Below are positions 31,157 to 40,514 of a DNA stretch of 64,000 nt, in pieces. The position numbers were made by a program, and so were the translations under genes. This stretch comes from Bacteroidota bacterium (GTDB taxonomy: Bacteria; Bacteroidota; Bacteroidia; UKL13-3): the NCBI GenBank assembly GCA_947477885.1, contig CANJUD010000001.1, positions 108,632 through 172,631 on the forward strand, given 5' to 3'. Below the pieces are notes generated by a model. The model made no database searches and was not told the origin of the DNA. It saw nothing but the letters and a program-made list of their open reading frames with translations. The number at the start of each line of letters is the position of its first letter. The first letter of the stretch is position 1.

Positions 31157-31348
31157 TCCGTCATTACGGAGCGGTGCGTAAGAATGTGTGTTAGGGCGAC
31201 GAAGCAATCTCCTTGAAGTGTGCTCAAACAGATTGAAATTCCCGGGCAAGTCCTACAGATTTTCGCAGAGAAAATTCCTTACCGAGCATACACCCGATGG
31301 GATTGCCACGTCGCCCCGAATAAGATTCGGGGTCCTCGCAATGACGGA
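31157..31348 (-). repeat. CGTC-tagged palindromic element E3 (core inverted relative to E1/E2/E4)
   Basis: tccgtcatt / aatgacgga ends; core reads GAAGTGTGCTC...CGAGCATACACCCGATGGGATT on the + strand; nested ccccgaataagattcgggg. Confidence 0.85.
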
Positions 31349-31354
31349 CATTTC

Positions 31355-33952
31355 TTATACCCCTAACTGAAAACCTATTGTTGGCGAACCCAAACCTGGG
31401 CCAGCACTAATATGTTCCACATCTTCAACTGTCAATGTTTTTACCATTTCGGGTGTGCGGTCTTCAGCTTTCATAGCTGCCAATCTTAGGTTTTGTTGCT
31501 TCACGGCATCATCCATCAGCTTCCGCACAGCTCGTGCATTGCCGAAAAATTTATCACGATGCGTCCAAATATTTTCTAGTACTTTTTCTAGCATTGTTTT
31601 GGCATCTGCGTCTGGTAATATTCCGCGTTCAGTAAGCATTTTGGAAGCAATCTGTTTCAACTGCTCCAAGTCATAATCTTCGAACACCATCATTCTATCG
31701 AAACGTGATTTGAGACCTGGGTTTGATTCGATAAACCTTGTCATAGGCTCTGTATAACCGGCAACTATTACAATAAATTCGCCGCGGTTATCTTCCATCC
31801 TTTTTAGGATAGTTTCTACTGCTTCTTTTCCGAAGTCATTATCACTACCATGCAATGCGTAAGCTTCGTCAATAAAGAGAACCCCGCCCATCGCCCTGTC
31901 AATCAATTCTTTGGTTTTTAGTGCGGTTGAACCTATATGATTGCCAACCAAAGCCTGTCTGTCACACTCTACCAAATGCCCCCGTTCTAATATGCCCAGT
32001 GCTTTATATATTTGGGCAAGTATGCGAGCCACCGTAGTTTTTCCTGTTCCCGGATTTCCTGTAAACACCGCATGCAGATTAAGCAAACTGCGTAAATCTT
32101 TTCCAGTTTCTCTATAATATCTTACCAGTTTTACAAGCTCATCAATCTCTGTTTTTGTTTTGGTAAGGCCCACCATATTTGATAGCTGCAACAACGAGTC
32201 ACGCAGTAAATCTTCATCAACTGGTATAGATGCAATTTCACGATTTTTCTTTTCGAAGATTGGCACCAAATCTGCAACTTCAATTGCCATCAAACTTTCT
32301 TTCGATAGTTCTTCTGGATTTGGTAGCTGCATAATGCGCAAGCCCAAATTCATTTTAGCCTCATCTAATATATTATTGACCAAACGTGCATTACCAAAGT
32401 TTTGGTTGCGGGCTCTATAGGCTTCTACCAACTTCTTATACATAAAAATCTGTGCATCCGGGCTAAATTCTACCATCCGTTTTTGTGCAGCATATAAAGC
32501 TATTTTTTCAAGCTCGTCGGGTTTATAATCTGGATATTCAAAAGTCATTTGGAAACGTGATTTGAGACCTGGGTTTGAATCTAAAAAACTATTCATTTGT
32601 TCGGGATAACCTGCTACAACAATTGCCAAATCGCCTTCGCCATCACTCATTTCACGCACCAAAACCTCTATAGCTTCTTTTCCAAAATCTTTGCTGTCAT
32701 CATCTTTGCGTGAAAGGCTATAGGCTTCGTCAATAAACAAAATTCCACCTCTAGCTTTTTTGATTGCCTCTTTAGTTTTGGGTGCGGTTTGTCCAATAAA
32801 TTCAGCAACCAATTCACTGCGGTCAGCTTCATAAACATGGCCTTTGCTTAGCAGCCCAAGATTATGATATATTTTACCGAGCATACGTGCTACTGTGGTT
32901 TTTCCTGTTCCGGGATTACCTGTAAAAACAGCATGTAGATTTATTTTATCAGTGTCGGTAAAACCTTTTTTGCGGCGTAATTTTATAAAGTTAAGGTAAC
33001 TAGTATAATCATGGACTTTCTTTTTAATACCTCCCAAACCAATGAGGCCGTTCATTTCACTCATCAGCTCTTCAAACGATTTGCTGCTATTAATTTCAGG
33101 CAGTGTTTTTTCTTGCAGCCTGCTGCGGCTGGGAGTAAAATATATTTGTTCGTCGTCAGTTATTTCTACTTCTTCGGCTCCAATTTCAAAGGGAATTATC
33201 GCTACAATTTGGTTCATAAATACCAACTCCACCGTATATATATCGCTGCTCCAACTTCCTTTTATATCGCTACCCCAGCCCACCGTGCAATGTATTTCCT
33301 CATCGCCCGGATATATAAATAATAGTTTGTCGACGGAGCCTTTTAATTGCCCGCTCACTGTTTTGAAATTGAATATCAATTCGCAGGCCCAGTAGTCATG
33401 TTCTTTCAGTAGATTTTTGGCATTCAGTTCTACCCAAACATAACGGGTATCGGCACTGTTAAAGGTTTTTAGATATACGCGGTCTTGCTCGGGAACATTG
33501 GCATCTGGCCCTTCATATATTTTAATTTCATTGATATCGAAATAAGGATTTTCATGGGCATTGGCCAGGCCATTATGTTCTACATAAAAGCTTCGCTCGG
33601 CAGCCATTTTGTTTTCTATCCAGGCTTCCCATCTGTATGAACCTCGCTTCCAGTAATTACCTTTGTTTTTAACCCCCCAACCTTCTCTGACAAATACCAC
33701 ACTGTCTTCTTTTTTTACGGTACGGTCGCAATTCAAATTGCATATTTCGGCTCCATCTGGGCCAAAACATTTGAGACGGATATGCACCTCCCAATCCTGA
33801 TCGTCGAAAGATTTATTAAAAAATGAAAACTCACAATATATATAAGATAGTTCGCTCTCGTCATATACCAGTCGGTAGTTCTTCTCATTATTTGCCAACC
33901 ACTCGGTACTGGCAAAAATCCGCAAATCCTTAAATTTGTGCTTCATATCCAT
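31355..33952 (-). CDS. CbbX/SpoVK/EccA-family ATPase with two AAA modules and a duplicated N-terminal domain
   Basis: Two copies each of GNPGTGKT, LFIDEAY, SNPGLKSRF and FGNAR. Confidence 0.88.
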   Translation of the reverse strand: MDMKHKFKDLRIFASTEWLANNEKNYRLVYDESELSYIYCEFSFFNKSFDDQDWEVHIRLKCFGPDGAEICNLNCDRTVKKEDSVVFVREGWGVKNKGNYWKRGSYRWEAWIENKMAAERSFYVEHNGLANAHENPYFDINEIKIYEGPDANVPEQDRVYLKTFNSADTRYVWVELNAKNLLKEHDYWACELIFNFKTVSGQLKGSVDKLLFIYPGDEEIHCTVGWGSDIKGSWSSDIYTVELVFMNQIVAIIPFEIGAEEVEITDDEQIYFTPSRSRLQEKTLPEINSSKSFEELMSEMNGLIGLGGIKKKVHDYTSYLNFIKLRRKKGFTDTDKINLHAVFTGNPGTGKTTVARMLGKIYHNLGLLSKGHVYEADRSELVAEFIGQTAPKTKEAIKKARGGILFIDEAYSLSRKDDDSKDFGKEAIEVLVREMSDGEGDLAIVVAGYPEQMNSFLDSNPGLKSRFQMTFEYPDYKPDELEKIALYAAQKRMVEFSPDAQIFMYKKLVEAYRARNQNFGNARLVNNILDEAKMNLGLRIMQLPNPEELSKESLMAIEVADLVPIFEKKNREIASIPVDEDLLRDSLLQLSNMVGLTKTKTEIDELVKLVRYYRETGKDLRSLLNLHAVFTGNPGTGKTTVARILAQIYKALGILERGHLVECDRQALVGNHIGSTALKTKELIDRAMGGVLFIDEAYALHGSDNDFGKEAVETILKRMEDNRGEFIVIVAGYTEPMTRFIESNPGLKSRFDRMMVFEDYDLEQLKQIASKMLTERGILPDADAKTMLEKVLENIWTHRDKFFGNARAVRKLMDDAVKQQNLRLAAMKAEDRTPEMVKTLTVEDVEHISAGPGLGSPTIGFQLGV

Positions 33953-34018
33953 AAGAACAAAATTAGGGGAAAATGGTTGCTTTTACAATGGGTGTAAAGA
34001 ATTTTTTGAATAGGAAGC

Positions 34019-34148
34019 CGTCATTTTGACGAGGAACGAGGAAGAATCCCATTGGGTGTATGCTCGGGCTGTTTTAATTCTCGTGGGTTTCAATATGATG
34101 GTGCACACTTCGAAGGGATTCTTCGCGGGTAGCCCGCTCAGAATGACG
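34019..34148. repeat. CGTC-tagged palindromic element E4
   Basis: cgtcattttgacgaggaacgaggaagaatccca ... gggattcttc...ctcagaatgacg; left arm nearly identical to E2. Confidence 0.88.
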
Positions 34149-34232
34149 CCGAGTGAGTGTAGTAATTAAGAGAATGAAACAACACTTTTATTCTTAACTT
34201 TATCTGCTTATTTTTGCGGCAAATTTTAAAAC

Positions 34233-35288
34233 ATGAATATAAATAATATTACTGAACTACTTGGCGATCAAGCCGACTCGTTACTTAGCCACAAGGCTAT
34301 CATCAGCAAAGATTTATTGCATACTCCAGGTCCTGATTTTGTGGACCGTGTGTTTGCCCAAACCAACCGCAACCCGCAGGTATTGCGTAATATCCAAAAC
34401 ATATACGACCATGGTCGCCTTGCCGGTACTGGTTATGTGTCCATCCTTCCTGTCGACCAAGGAATAGAGCATTCAGCGGGTGCTTCATTTGCCCCAAACC
34501 CAATCTATTTCGACCCTGAAAATATTATTAAACTAGCCATCGAAGGTGGTTGCAATGCGGTTGCTTCTACTTATGGTGTGTTGGCTTCTTGCAGTCGCAA
34601 GTATGCCCATAAAATCCCTTTCATTGTAAAAATTAACCACAACGAAATTCTAACTTACCCTAACCGTTTCGACCAATTTATGTTCGGTTCGGTAGAAGAA
34701 GCTTGGAACCTTGGTGCTGCTGCGGTGGGTGCTACAATCTATTTTGGTAGCGAAGAATCATCACGCCAAATACAAGAAGTGGCTGCTGCTTTTGAGCGTG
34801 CTCACGAACTAGGAATGGCAACAGTATTGTGGTGCTATTTGCGTAATAACGGTTTCAAAAAAGATGGTGTGGACTACCACGCCGCTGCCGACTTAACCGG
34901 ACAAGCCAACCATTTGGGCGTTACCATACAAGCCGACATTATCAAACAAAAATTGCCTACCAATAATGGTGGCTATAATGCAATTAACTTTGGCAAAACC
35001 CATCCAAAAGTATATAGCGAATTAAGCACCGACAACCCAATCGATTTGTGCCGTTACCAAGTAGCCAATTGCTACATGGGCCGTATGGGTTTAATTAACT
35101 CAGGTGGCGAAAGCAAAGGTGCTACCGATATGGCTGAAGCCGTAATGACCGCCGTGGTAAACAAACGTGCAGGAGGTTGTGGATTAATCTCAGGCCGCAA
35201 AGCTTTCCAAAAACCCATGGCCGAAGGTGTTGCGTTGTTGAACGCCATCCAAGATGTGTATTTGGAAAAAGGAATCACGATAGCTTAA
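34233..35288 (+). CDS. fbaB: Class I fructose-bisphosphate aldolase (DhnA type)
   Basis: [47 protein letters not shown]. Confidence 0.96.
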   Translation: MNINNITELLGDQADSLLSHKAIISKDLLHTPGPDFVDRVFAQTNRNPQVLRNIQNIYDHGRLAGTGYVSILPVDQGIEHSAGASFAPNPIYFDPENIIKLAIEGGCNAVASTYGVLASCSRKYAHKIPFIVKINHNEILTYPNRFDQFMFGSVEEAWNLGAAAVGATIYFGSEESSRQIQEVAAAFERAHELGMATVLWCYLRNNGFKKDGVDYHAAADLTGQANHLGVTIQADIIKQKLPTNNGGYNAINFGKTHPKVYSELSTDNPIDLCRYQVANCYMGRMGLINSGGESKGATDMAEAVMTAVVNKRAGGCGLISGRKAFQKPMAEGVALLNAIQDVYLEKGITIA

Positions 35289-35300
35289 TTTGGAAGACAT

Positions 35301-35348
35301 CCCCTCTAGAGAGGGGAGTGTGCAAGGCTTAGCCATGCAGGGGTGTGT
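35301..35348. repeat. CCCCTCT-AGAGGGG short palindrome element
   Basis: cccctctagagagggg at 35301-35316 followed by a GC-rich tail; similar GC palindromes at 36707-36746 and 57453-57480. Confidence 0.5.
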
Positions 35349-35384
35349 TAGCCACACTTTCAAACATACTAAAACTTATAATAT

Positions 35385-35420
35385 AAAAAGCCGTTTCAGT
35401 TTTTGCTGGGGCGGCTTTTT
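35385..35420. terminator. Bidirectional intrinsic terminator between convergent fbaB and map
   Basis: aaaaagccgtttcag-loop-ctggggcggcttttt. Confidence 0.8.
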
Positions 35421-35460
35421 CGCTAATTCTAACTAGAATCAAAAAAAGGGAAACAATACT

Positions 35461-36237
35461 TTACGGCTTCTCAAACTCACCATACCCATCTGTCAATATA
35501 TCAGGTATAGTATCGGTAATCAATATCGTATGCTCGAACTGGGCTGAGAGTTTGCCATCGATGGTGCGGGCGGTCCAGCCATCTTTGCGGTCTACTTTGC
35601 TGCGGGCTTTGCCAGCATTTATCATAGGTTCGATGGTGAAAATCATTCCGGGTTGTAATACTGGTCCTTTGTTTCGTTCGTGCTCGGCATGGTTTACTTC
35701 GGGGTCTTCGTGGTATTTAATTCCTACGCCATGGCCACAAAATTCATATACTACGGTGCATCCTTGTGAGGTGGCATAACGGTTTATTTCGTAACCAATA
35801 TTGCTGAGGCGGCTGCCAGGATTGCATTGCATAATGCCGATACTGAGGCATTCTTTGGCAACGGCAATAAGTCTTTTTGCATAGTCGCTGCAATGGCCCA
35901 CTTCGAACATGCGGCACGAGTCGCCATAGAAGCCGTTTACGATGAGGGCCACATCAATATTTAATATATCGCCATCTCTCAATTCGTAAGGTCCGGGAAC
36001 GCCGTGGCAGATAACATCATTAACCGAAGTGCAACATGATGCAGGGAAACCGCGATAGCCCAAGGATGCAGATTTTGCTCCGTGGTCGTTCACGTACTCG
36101 CGACATTTTTTATCAATGTCGGCAGTGGTAGTGCCTGCTTGTGCAAACTGCCCCAAATATTTAATGGCTTCATAGGTAAGTTGGCTGGCCTTACGGATGC
36201 CTTCTATTTGTTCGGGGGTTTTGATGAGGATTGCCAA
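35461..36237 (-). CDS. map: Methionine aminopeptidase type I
   Basis: SVNDVICHGVP, NIDVAL, GDSCRMF, GHGVG, FTIEPM, SAQFEHT. Confidence 0.96.
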   Translation of the reverse strand: MAILIKTPEQIEGIRKASQLTYEAIKYLGQFAQAGTTTADIDKKCREYVNDHGAKSASLGYRGFPASCCTSVNDVICHGVPGPYELRDGDILNIDVALIVNGFYGDSCRMFEVGHCSDYAKRLIAVAKECLSIGIMQCNPGSRLSNIGYEINRYATSQGCTVVYEFCGHGVGIKYHEDPEVNHAEHERNKGPVLQPGMIFTIEPMINAGKARSKVDRKDGWTARTIDGKLSAQFEHTILITDTIPDILTDGYGEFEKP

Positions 36238-36280
36238 GATTTATTTGATGAATTAATGAGGTATGATTGAATGAATTTTT

Positions 36281-36387
36281 AGTAGTCAGTAAACAGTGGT
36301 CAGTAGTCAGGTTGCTGTCGCACATGTTATCGACTCGTGGGTCAGCCTTGTGTGGCACTGACCACTGATTACAGTTTACTGACTACT
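36281..36387. repeat. 7-mer inverted-repeat element H4 (CAGTNNN family), upstream of map
   Basis: agtagt cagtaaa cagtggt cagtagt cagg ... actgacc actgatt acagttt actgact act. Confidence 0.88.
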
Positions 36388-36435
36388 TTTCCGAGGTGCA
36401 AATTTACACCCTCCACTACCTAATTTTGAAAAATA

Positions 36436-36467
36436 TTTGCGAGGTAGAAAAAATGTGCCTACTTTTG
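36436..36467 (+). promoter_or_regulatory. Bacteroidota sigma promoter for rpmH; divergent map -7 element at 36398-36405
   Basis: TTTG-N20-TACTTTTG matches the -33/-7 consensus; TAAATTTG on the minus strand. Confidence 0.75.
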
Positions 36468-36497
36468 CACTCCTTTAAAAATTAAGCATTACAAAAA

Positions 36498-36656
36498 ATG
36501 AAACGCACATTCCAACCATCGCAACGTAAAAGAAAGAATAAACACGGATTTATGGAACGCATGTCCACCAAGAACGGACGCAGGGTATTGGCAGCTCGCA
36601 GAGCTAAGGGTCGCCACAAACTTACCGTGAGCGATGAGCCACGCCATAAACGTTAA
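36498..36656 (+). CDS. rpmH: 50S ribosomal protein L34 (not in ORF track)
   Basis: Manual translation [52 protein letters not shown]. Confidence 0.98.
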   Translation: MKRTFQPSQRKRKNKHGFMERMSTKNGRRVLAARRAKGRHKLTVSDEPRHKR

Positions 36657-36675
36657 TAGAAAATATCCTTATATA

Positions 36676-36705
36676 AGAAAGCCGGCGATGAGTCGGCTTT
36701 TTTTT
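36676..36705 (+). terminator. Intrinsic terminator after rpmH
   Basis: agaaagccggc-gatga-gtcggc followed by T8. Confidence 0.8.
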
Positions 36706-36827
36706 GGCCTCCCCCCCGGGCACCTCTATGGTTGGAGAGGGGAGGCAATCGCACCGCAGACGTGGTGAGACCAAAAAATACAAAGATGGTATTTATATAA
36801 GCTGCATCTTTGCTCTTGAAATTCTGA

Positions 36828-37241
36828 ATGGACACACTTAGTTATACTTTTAAAAAACACGAACGGCTTTGCAGGGAAAGTCATATAACGAAGCTATTTA
36901 CGGGGAGGAATGATTTTAGTGCGAAAGAATTTCCATTAAGGATGGCGGTGAATTTTGTGGAGGCTGAGGAGAAGCCTTGTTCTAAGTTTTTGCCGGTGGT
37001 TCCTAAGAAAAATATTAAGAAAGCTGTTCATCGCAATTATAAAAAACGTTTGTTGAAAGAGGCTTGGCGAATGAGCAAGCATAAGTTGCAGCCGATGCTG
37101 GAGGAGAAAAAGCAAGATGCTCATGTTGCTTTATTTTTTAATGGGAATGCAGATACTACTTTGGTTGAAGTGCAGCAGAAACTAGATTTGCTCATCGACC
37201 ATTTGCTAAAAGCATATCCGCTCAATCCTGAAAAAATATAA
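36828..37241 (+). CDS. rnpA: Ribonuclease P protein component
   Basis: [33 protein letters not shown]. Confidence 0.9.
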   Translation: MDTLSYTFKKHERLCRESHITKLFTGRNDFSAKEFPLRMAVNFVEAEEKPCSKFLPVVPKKNIKKAVHRNYKKRLLKEAWRMSKHKLQPMLEEKKQDAHVALFFNGNADTTLVEVQQKLDLLIDHLLKAYPLNPEKI

Positions 37242-37242
37242 T

Positions 37243-37467
37243 ATGCGTAATCCGTTGTCGTTACTCTTTATCGGACTGATAAAAACATATCAGTATACCA
37301 TATCTCCCTTACTGCCCAGTGCTTGTAGGTATACGCCGACGTGCTCGGAGTATGGGGTTACCGCGATAAAAAAGTACGGTCCATTAAAAGGTGGATGGAT
37401 GGCATTGAAACGGATATGGCGGTGCAACCCTTGGCGGGGTGGGCATGGGCATGATCCGGTGAAATAA
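37243..37467 (+). CDS. yidD: Membrane protein insertion efficiency factor
   Basis: [34 protein letters not shown]. Confidence 0.95.
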   Translation: MRNPLSLLFIGLIKTYQYTISPLLPSACRYTPTCSEYGVTAIKKYGPLKGGWMALKRIWRCNPWRGGHGHDPVK

Positions 37468-37490
37468 ACGACGTCTTTTCGCAGAATTAA

Positions 37491-37664
37491 TATTTCGTAC
37501 CTACGGCACTTGAATACGTACTTGCATATTGATTCTACCAATATTTCGTCCCGCTGGGACTTTAGATTCTATATGCCAAAAAGCATCCACAAAAATCCCG
37601 TAGGGGTGAAATATCGGTAGAAAACGAAAACGTCGAAGTGCAGAAGTGCCGTAGGTACGATATA
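37491..37664. repeat. Four-unit REP cluster (two units right-pointing, two left-pointing)
   Basis: Outer perfect 17-bp IR TCGTACCTACGGCACTT / AAGTGCCGTAGGTACGA; inner IR TTCTACCAATATTTCGTCCCGCTGGGA / TCCCGTAGGGGTGAAATATCGGTAGAA. Confidence 0.85.
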
Positions 37665-37757
37665 TTATAGCGTAGTTAAATGTTCCGAACAAATAAGGAA
37701 TCTCACAAATCTTCATAATGCGGCAATTCCCCTTTCTCCCCTTAATTTTGCATCACG

Positions 37758-38669
37758 ATGAAATATTTGAAAACAAAGGATAATTTTTTGGCCATTGAGG
37801 ATGAGAAATTATATAGTTATGAAAATAGCAAAGTGGTTATCCAACAAGTTCCTTATGAATACACAAGCAGTTATTTGAGTGGCTCTGACAAGGGCCCAGC
37901 GGCCATGGTGAAGGCATCACAATTTGTGGAGATGTATGATGAAGAATTGGATCAAGAAAACTATATAAAGATTGGCGGTATCTGCACCGTAAAGCCTTTG
38001 GACTTTAAAAACAAAACCAATAAAAAAGCGGTTGATTATATAGAAGCAGAAACTAGCAAGCTTTTAGATGCTGGAAAATATATAGTTTCATTGGGAGCTG
38101 AGCATACTGTTACTTTAGGTTTTGTGAAAGCATTTTTGAAAAAATATCCCAAACTCACCGTGGTGCAAATAGACGCCCATAGCGACTTGCGTGAGAGTTA
38201 TCATAATAATAAATACTCGCATGCCTCGGTGATGGCGAGGGTGCATGAACTTGGGGTGAATTTGGTACAACTAGGCATTCGTGCACAATGTATTGAAGAA
38301 GCAAACTTGATTAAGAGTTCAAAAAATATAAAAACTTTTTACGCCCATCAAATCAGGAACAATATAAACTGGCAAGCAGATGCATTGAAAGAAATATCAG
38401 GTCCAGTATATTTAACAATAGATGCCGATGGATTTGATCCAAGCATCGTTCCAGCAGTTGGTACTGCGGAACCCAATGGATTGCTGTGGAACGAAACTAT
38501 TATATTTTTAAAACAACTTTTTGCACAAAATGATGTAGTAGGATTTGATGTAGTAGAAGTTGCTCCAGCAAAAAACAATATATTATCTGAATATACGATG
38601 GCGAAACTTATATATAAATTGATAGGTTATCAGTCGTTGAAAACTCCCAATAAAAAATCAAAGAAATGA
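37758..38669 (+). CDS. speB: Agmatinase
   Basis: LGAEHTVT, QIDAHSDLR, TIDADGFDP, GTAEPNG, DVVEV. Confidence 0.92.
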   Translation: MKYLKTKDNFLAIEDEKLYSYENSKVVIQQVPYEYTSSYLSGSDKGPAAMVKASQFVEMYDEELDQENYIKIGGICTVKPLDFKNKTNKKAVDYIEAETSKLLDAGKYIVSLGAEHTVTLGFVKAFLKKYPKLTVVQIDAHSDLRESYHNNKYSHASVMARVHELGVNLVQLGIRAQCIEEANLIKSSKNIKTFYAHQIRNNINWQADALKEISGPVYLTIDADGFDPSIVPAVGTAEPNGLLWNETIIFLKQLFAQNDVVGFDVVEVAPAKNNILSEYTMAKLIYKLIGYQSLKTPNKKSKK

Positions 38670-39796
38670 ACCCTATTTATTTTGACAATGCAGCTACCAC
38701 AGCCATCCACCCAGATGTGGTGAAAGTAATGGTCGAAACTATGGCTGAGCATTATGGCAATCCATCTTCTACGCATGCACATGGCAGGCAGGTTAGAACT
38801 TTATTGGAAGAAGCCCGCAAAAAAGTTGCGAATATTTTGCATGTTACTCCCGGAGAAATATTTTTTACTTCAGGCGGTACAGAAGCTGATAATATGGCAT
38901 TGCGATGTTGTGTGGAAGACCTTGGAGTGAGCCATGCCATCAGTAGTAAAATTGAGCATCACGCAGTATTACATACTTTGGAAGAGCTCGACAAAAAGAA
39001 AAAAATACAATTGCATTTTGTAAACTTATTACCCAACGGACATATAGATATTAATCATTTAGAAGAACTATTAAAACAATATCCCGGAGCATTGGTTTCG
39101 TTGATGCATGCCAATAATGAATTGGGAAATATGATAGACTTGGATAAAGTATCAAAACTCTGTTTACAATATCAAGCCATATTTCATTGTGATACCGTGC
39201 AAACTATTGGACATTTTCCACTTGATTTACAAGAAACAAAAATTGATTTCATCGCTTGCGCTGCACACAAATTTAACGGCCCCAAAGGTGTTGGATTTAT
39301 ATATATAAACAACCGATTAAAAATCAATCCGCTCCTCACAGGCGGAGCCCAAGAACGCAATATGCGGGGCGGTACAGAGAATGTATATGGTATAGTTGGA
39401 TTGGCAAAGGCATTAGAGATTGCTTATAATGAAATGGAACATGAAAGAGCACATATACAAAGTATAAAAGATTATATGATGCAACGTGTGAAGGAAGAAA
39501 TTCCAGGAGTGCGTTTTAATGGCGACCCAGAAGGCAGCAGTTTATATACTGTTTTAAATGTATGTTTTCCGCCCAGTCCTGTAAGTGAAATGATGCTTTT
39601 CAAATTGGATATAGAAGGCATCTCGTGCAGCGGTGGAAGTGCTTGCAGCAGTGGCAGCAATGTGGGTTCGCATGTGCTTGCAGCTATTGGTGTGCCTGAA
39701 GATTCTAGCTCTGTACGTTTCTCATTTGGCAGACAGAATACAAAAGAAGAAGTTGATATAGTTGTAGGGAAATTGAAAGAGATGTTGGTGGGGTAA
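38666..39796 (+). CDS. iscS: Cysteine desulfurase (IscS/NifS family)
   Basis: YFDNAATT, GNPSS, TSGGTEADN, AAHKFNGPKG, RGGTEN, GGSACSSGS. Confidence 0.92.
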   Translation: MNPIYFDNAATTAIHPDVVKVMVETMAEHYGNPSSTHAHGRQVRTLLEEARKKVANILHVTPGEIFFTSGGTEADNMALRCCVEDLGVSHAISSKIEHHAVLHTLEELDKKKKIQLHFVNLLPNGHIDINHLEELLKQYPGALVSLMHANNELGNMIDLDKVSKLCLQYQAIFHCDTVQTIGHFPLDLQETKIDFIACAAHKFNGPKGVGFIYINNRLKINPLLTGGAQERNMRGGTENVYGIVGLAKALEIAYNEMEHERAHIQSIKDYMMQRVKEEIPGVRFNGDPEGSSLYTVLNVCFPPSPVSEMMLFKLDIEGISCSGGSACSSGSNVGSHVLAAIGVPEDSSSVRFSFGRQNTKEEVDIVVGKLKEMLVG

Positions 39797-39977
39797 GAAG
39801 AAGGAGTAAGGGGTAAGGAGGTTAACGCGGACAAAGAAGAGGATATAGGAATTAGTCCGCCGCGGCGGATGGGATATAGGTATGCTGACGCGGACAATAT
39901 ATATATAATACAAAACTATAATTACATATGCAAACCCGCTGGCTGAGCGGAGCCGAAGCCAGCTACTTCATACTATT

Positions 39978-40514
39978 ATGCAAACAGAATATCTTCCTAA
40001 TATTATCTCTGTATTTAACCAATACAGAACTCTTGCAAAACTCACGATCTTTCAATTGGATGAAGATGATTTTTTTTACAAGCCAGATTCGGAGTCGAAT
40101 TCCGTGGCTATTATTATGCGTCATGTGGCGGGAAATATGATTAGTCGTCGGACTAATTTTTTAACTACTGATGGAGAAAAACCCGACCATAATCGTGATG
40201 TAGATTTTGAACAAGGTTATTTGGCTATGCGAAAGTTGATGCACCATTGGGAACATGGCTGGCAAGTTTTTATCAATAAACTTCAAAGTTTGAAGCCAAA
40301 CGATTTGCAGAAAACTATATATATCAGAAGCAAAGCCCATAGCGTGATGGAAGCCATTAACAGGCAGTTGGCACACTATTCCTACCATATTGGTCAGATG
40401 GTATTCTTGACTAAGCATATTAAAAATATAGACACGATGGCTTTCGGGAGGAAAAGTTTAAGTATTCCAAAAGGGAAATCCCAAGATTTCAATAATGAGA
40501 AAATGGGGAAATGA
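39978..40514 (+). CDS. DUF1572/DinB family protein
   Basis: ESNSVAIIMRHVAGNMISR, NRDVDF, RQLAHYSYHIGQ. Confidence 0.85.
   Translation: MQTEYLPNIISVFNQYRTLAKLTIFQLDEDDFFYKPDSESNSVAIIMRHVAGNMISRRTNFLTTDGEKPDHNRDVDFEQGYLAMRKLMHHWEHGWQVFINKLQSLKPNDLQKTIYIRSKAHSVMEAINRQLAHYSYHIGQMVFLTKHIKNIDTMAFGRKSLSIPKGKSQDFNNEKMGK

Noticed and set aside
36238-36497. oriC upstream of rpmH
   Set aside because: No dnaA and no convincing cluster of DnaA boxes seen; the spacer is explained by two promoters and repeat H4
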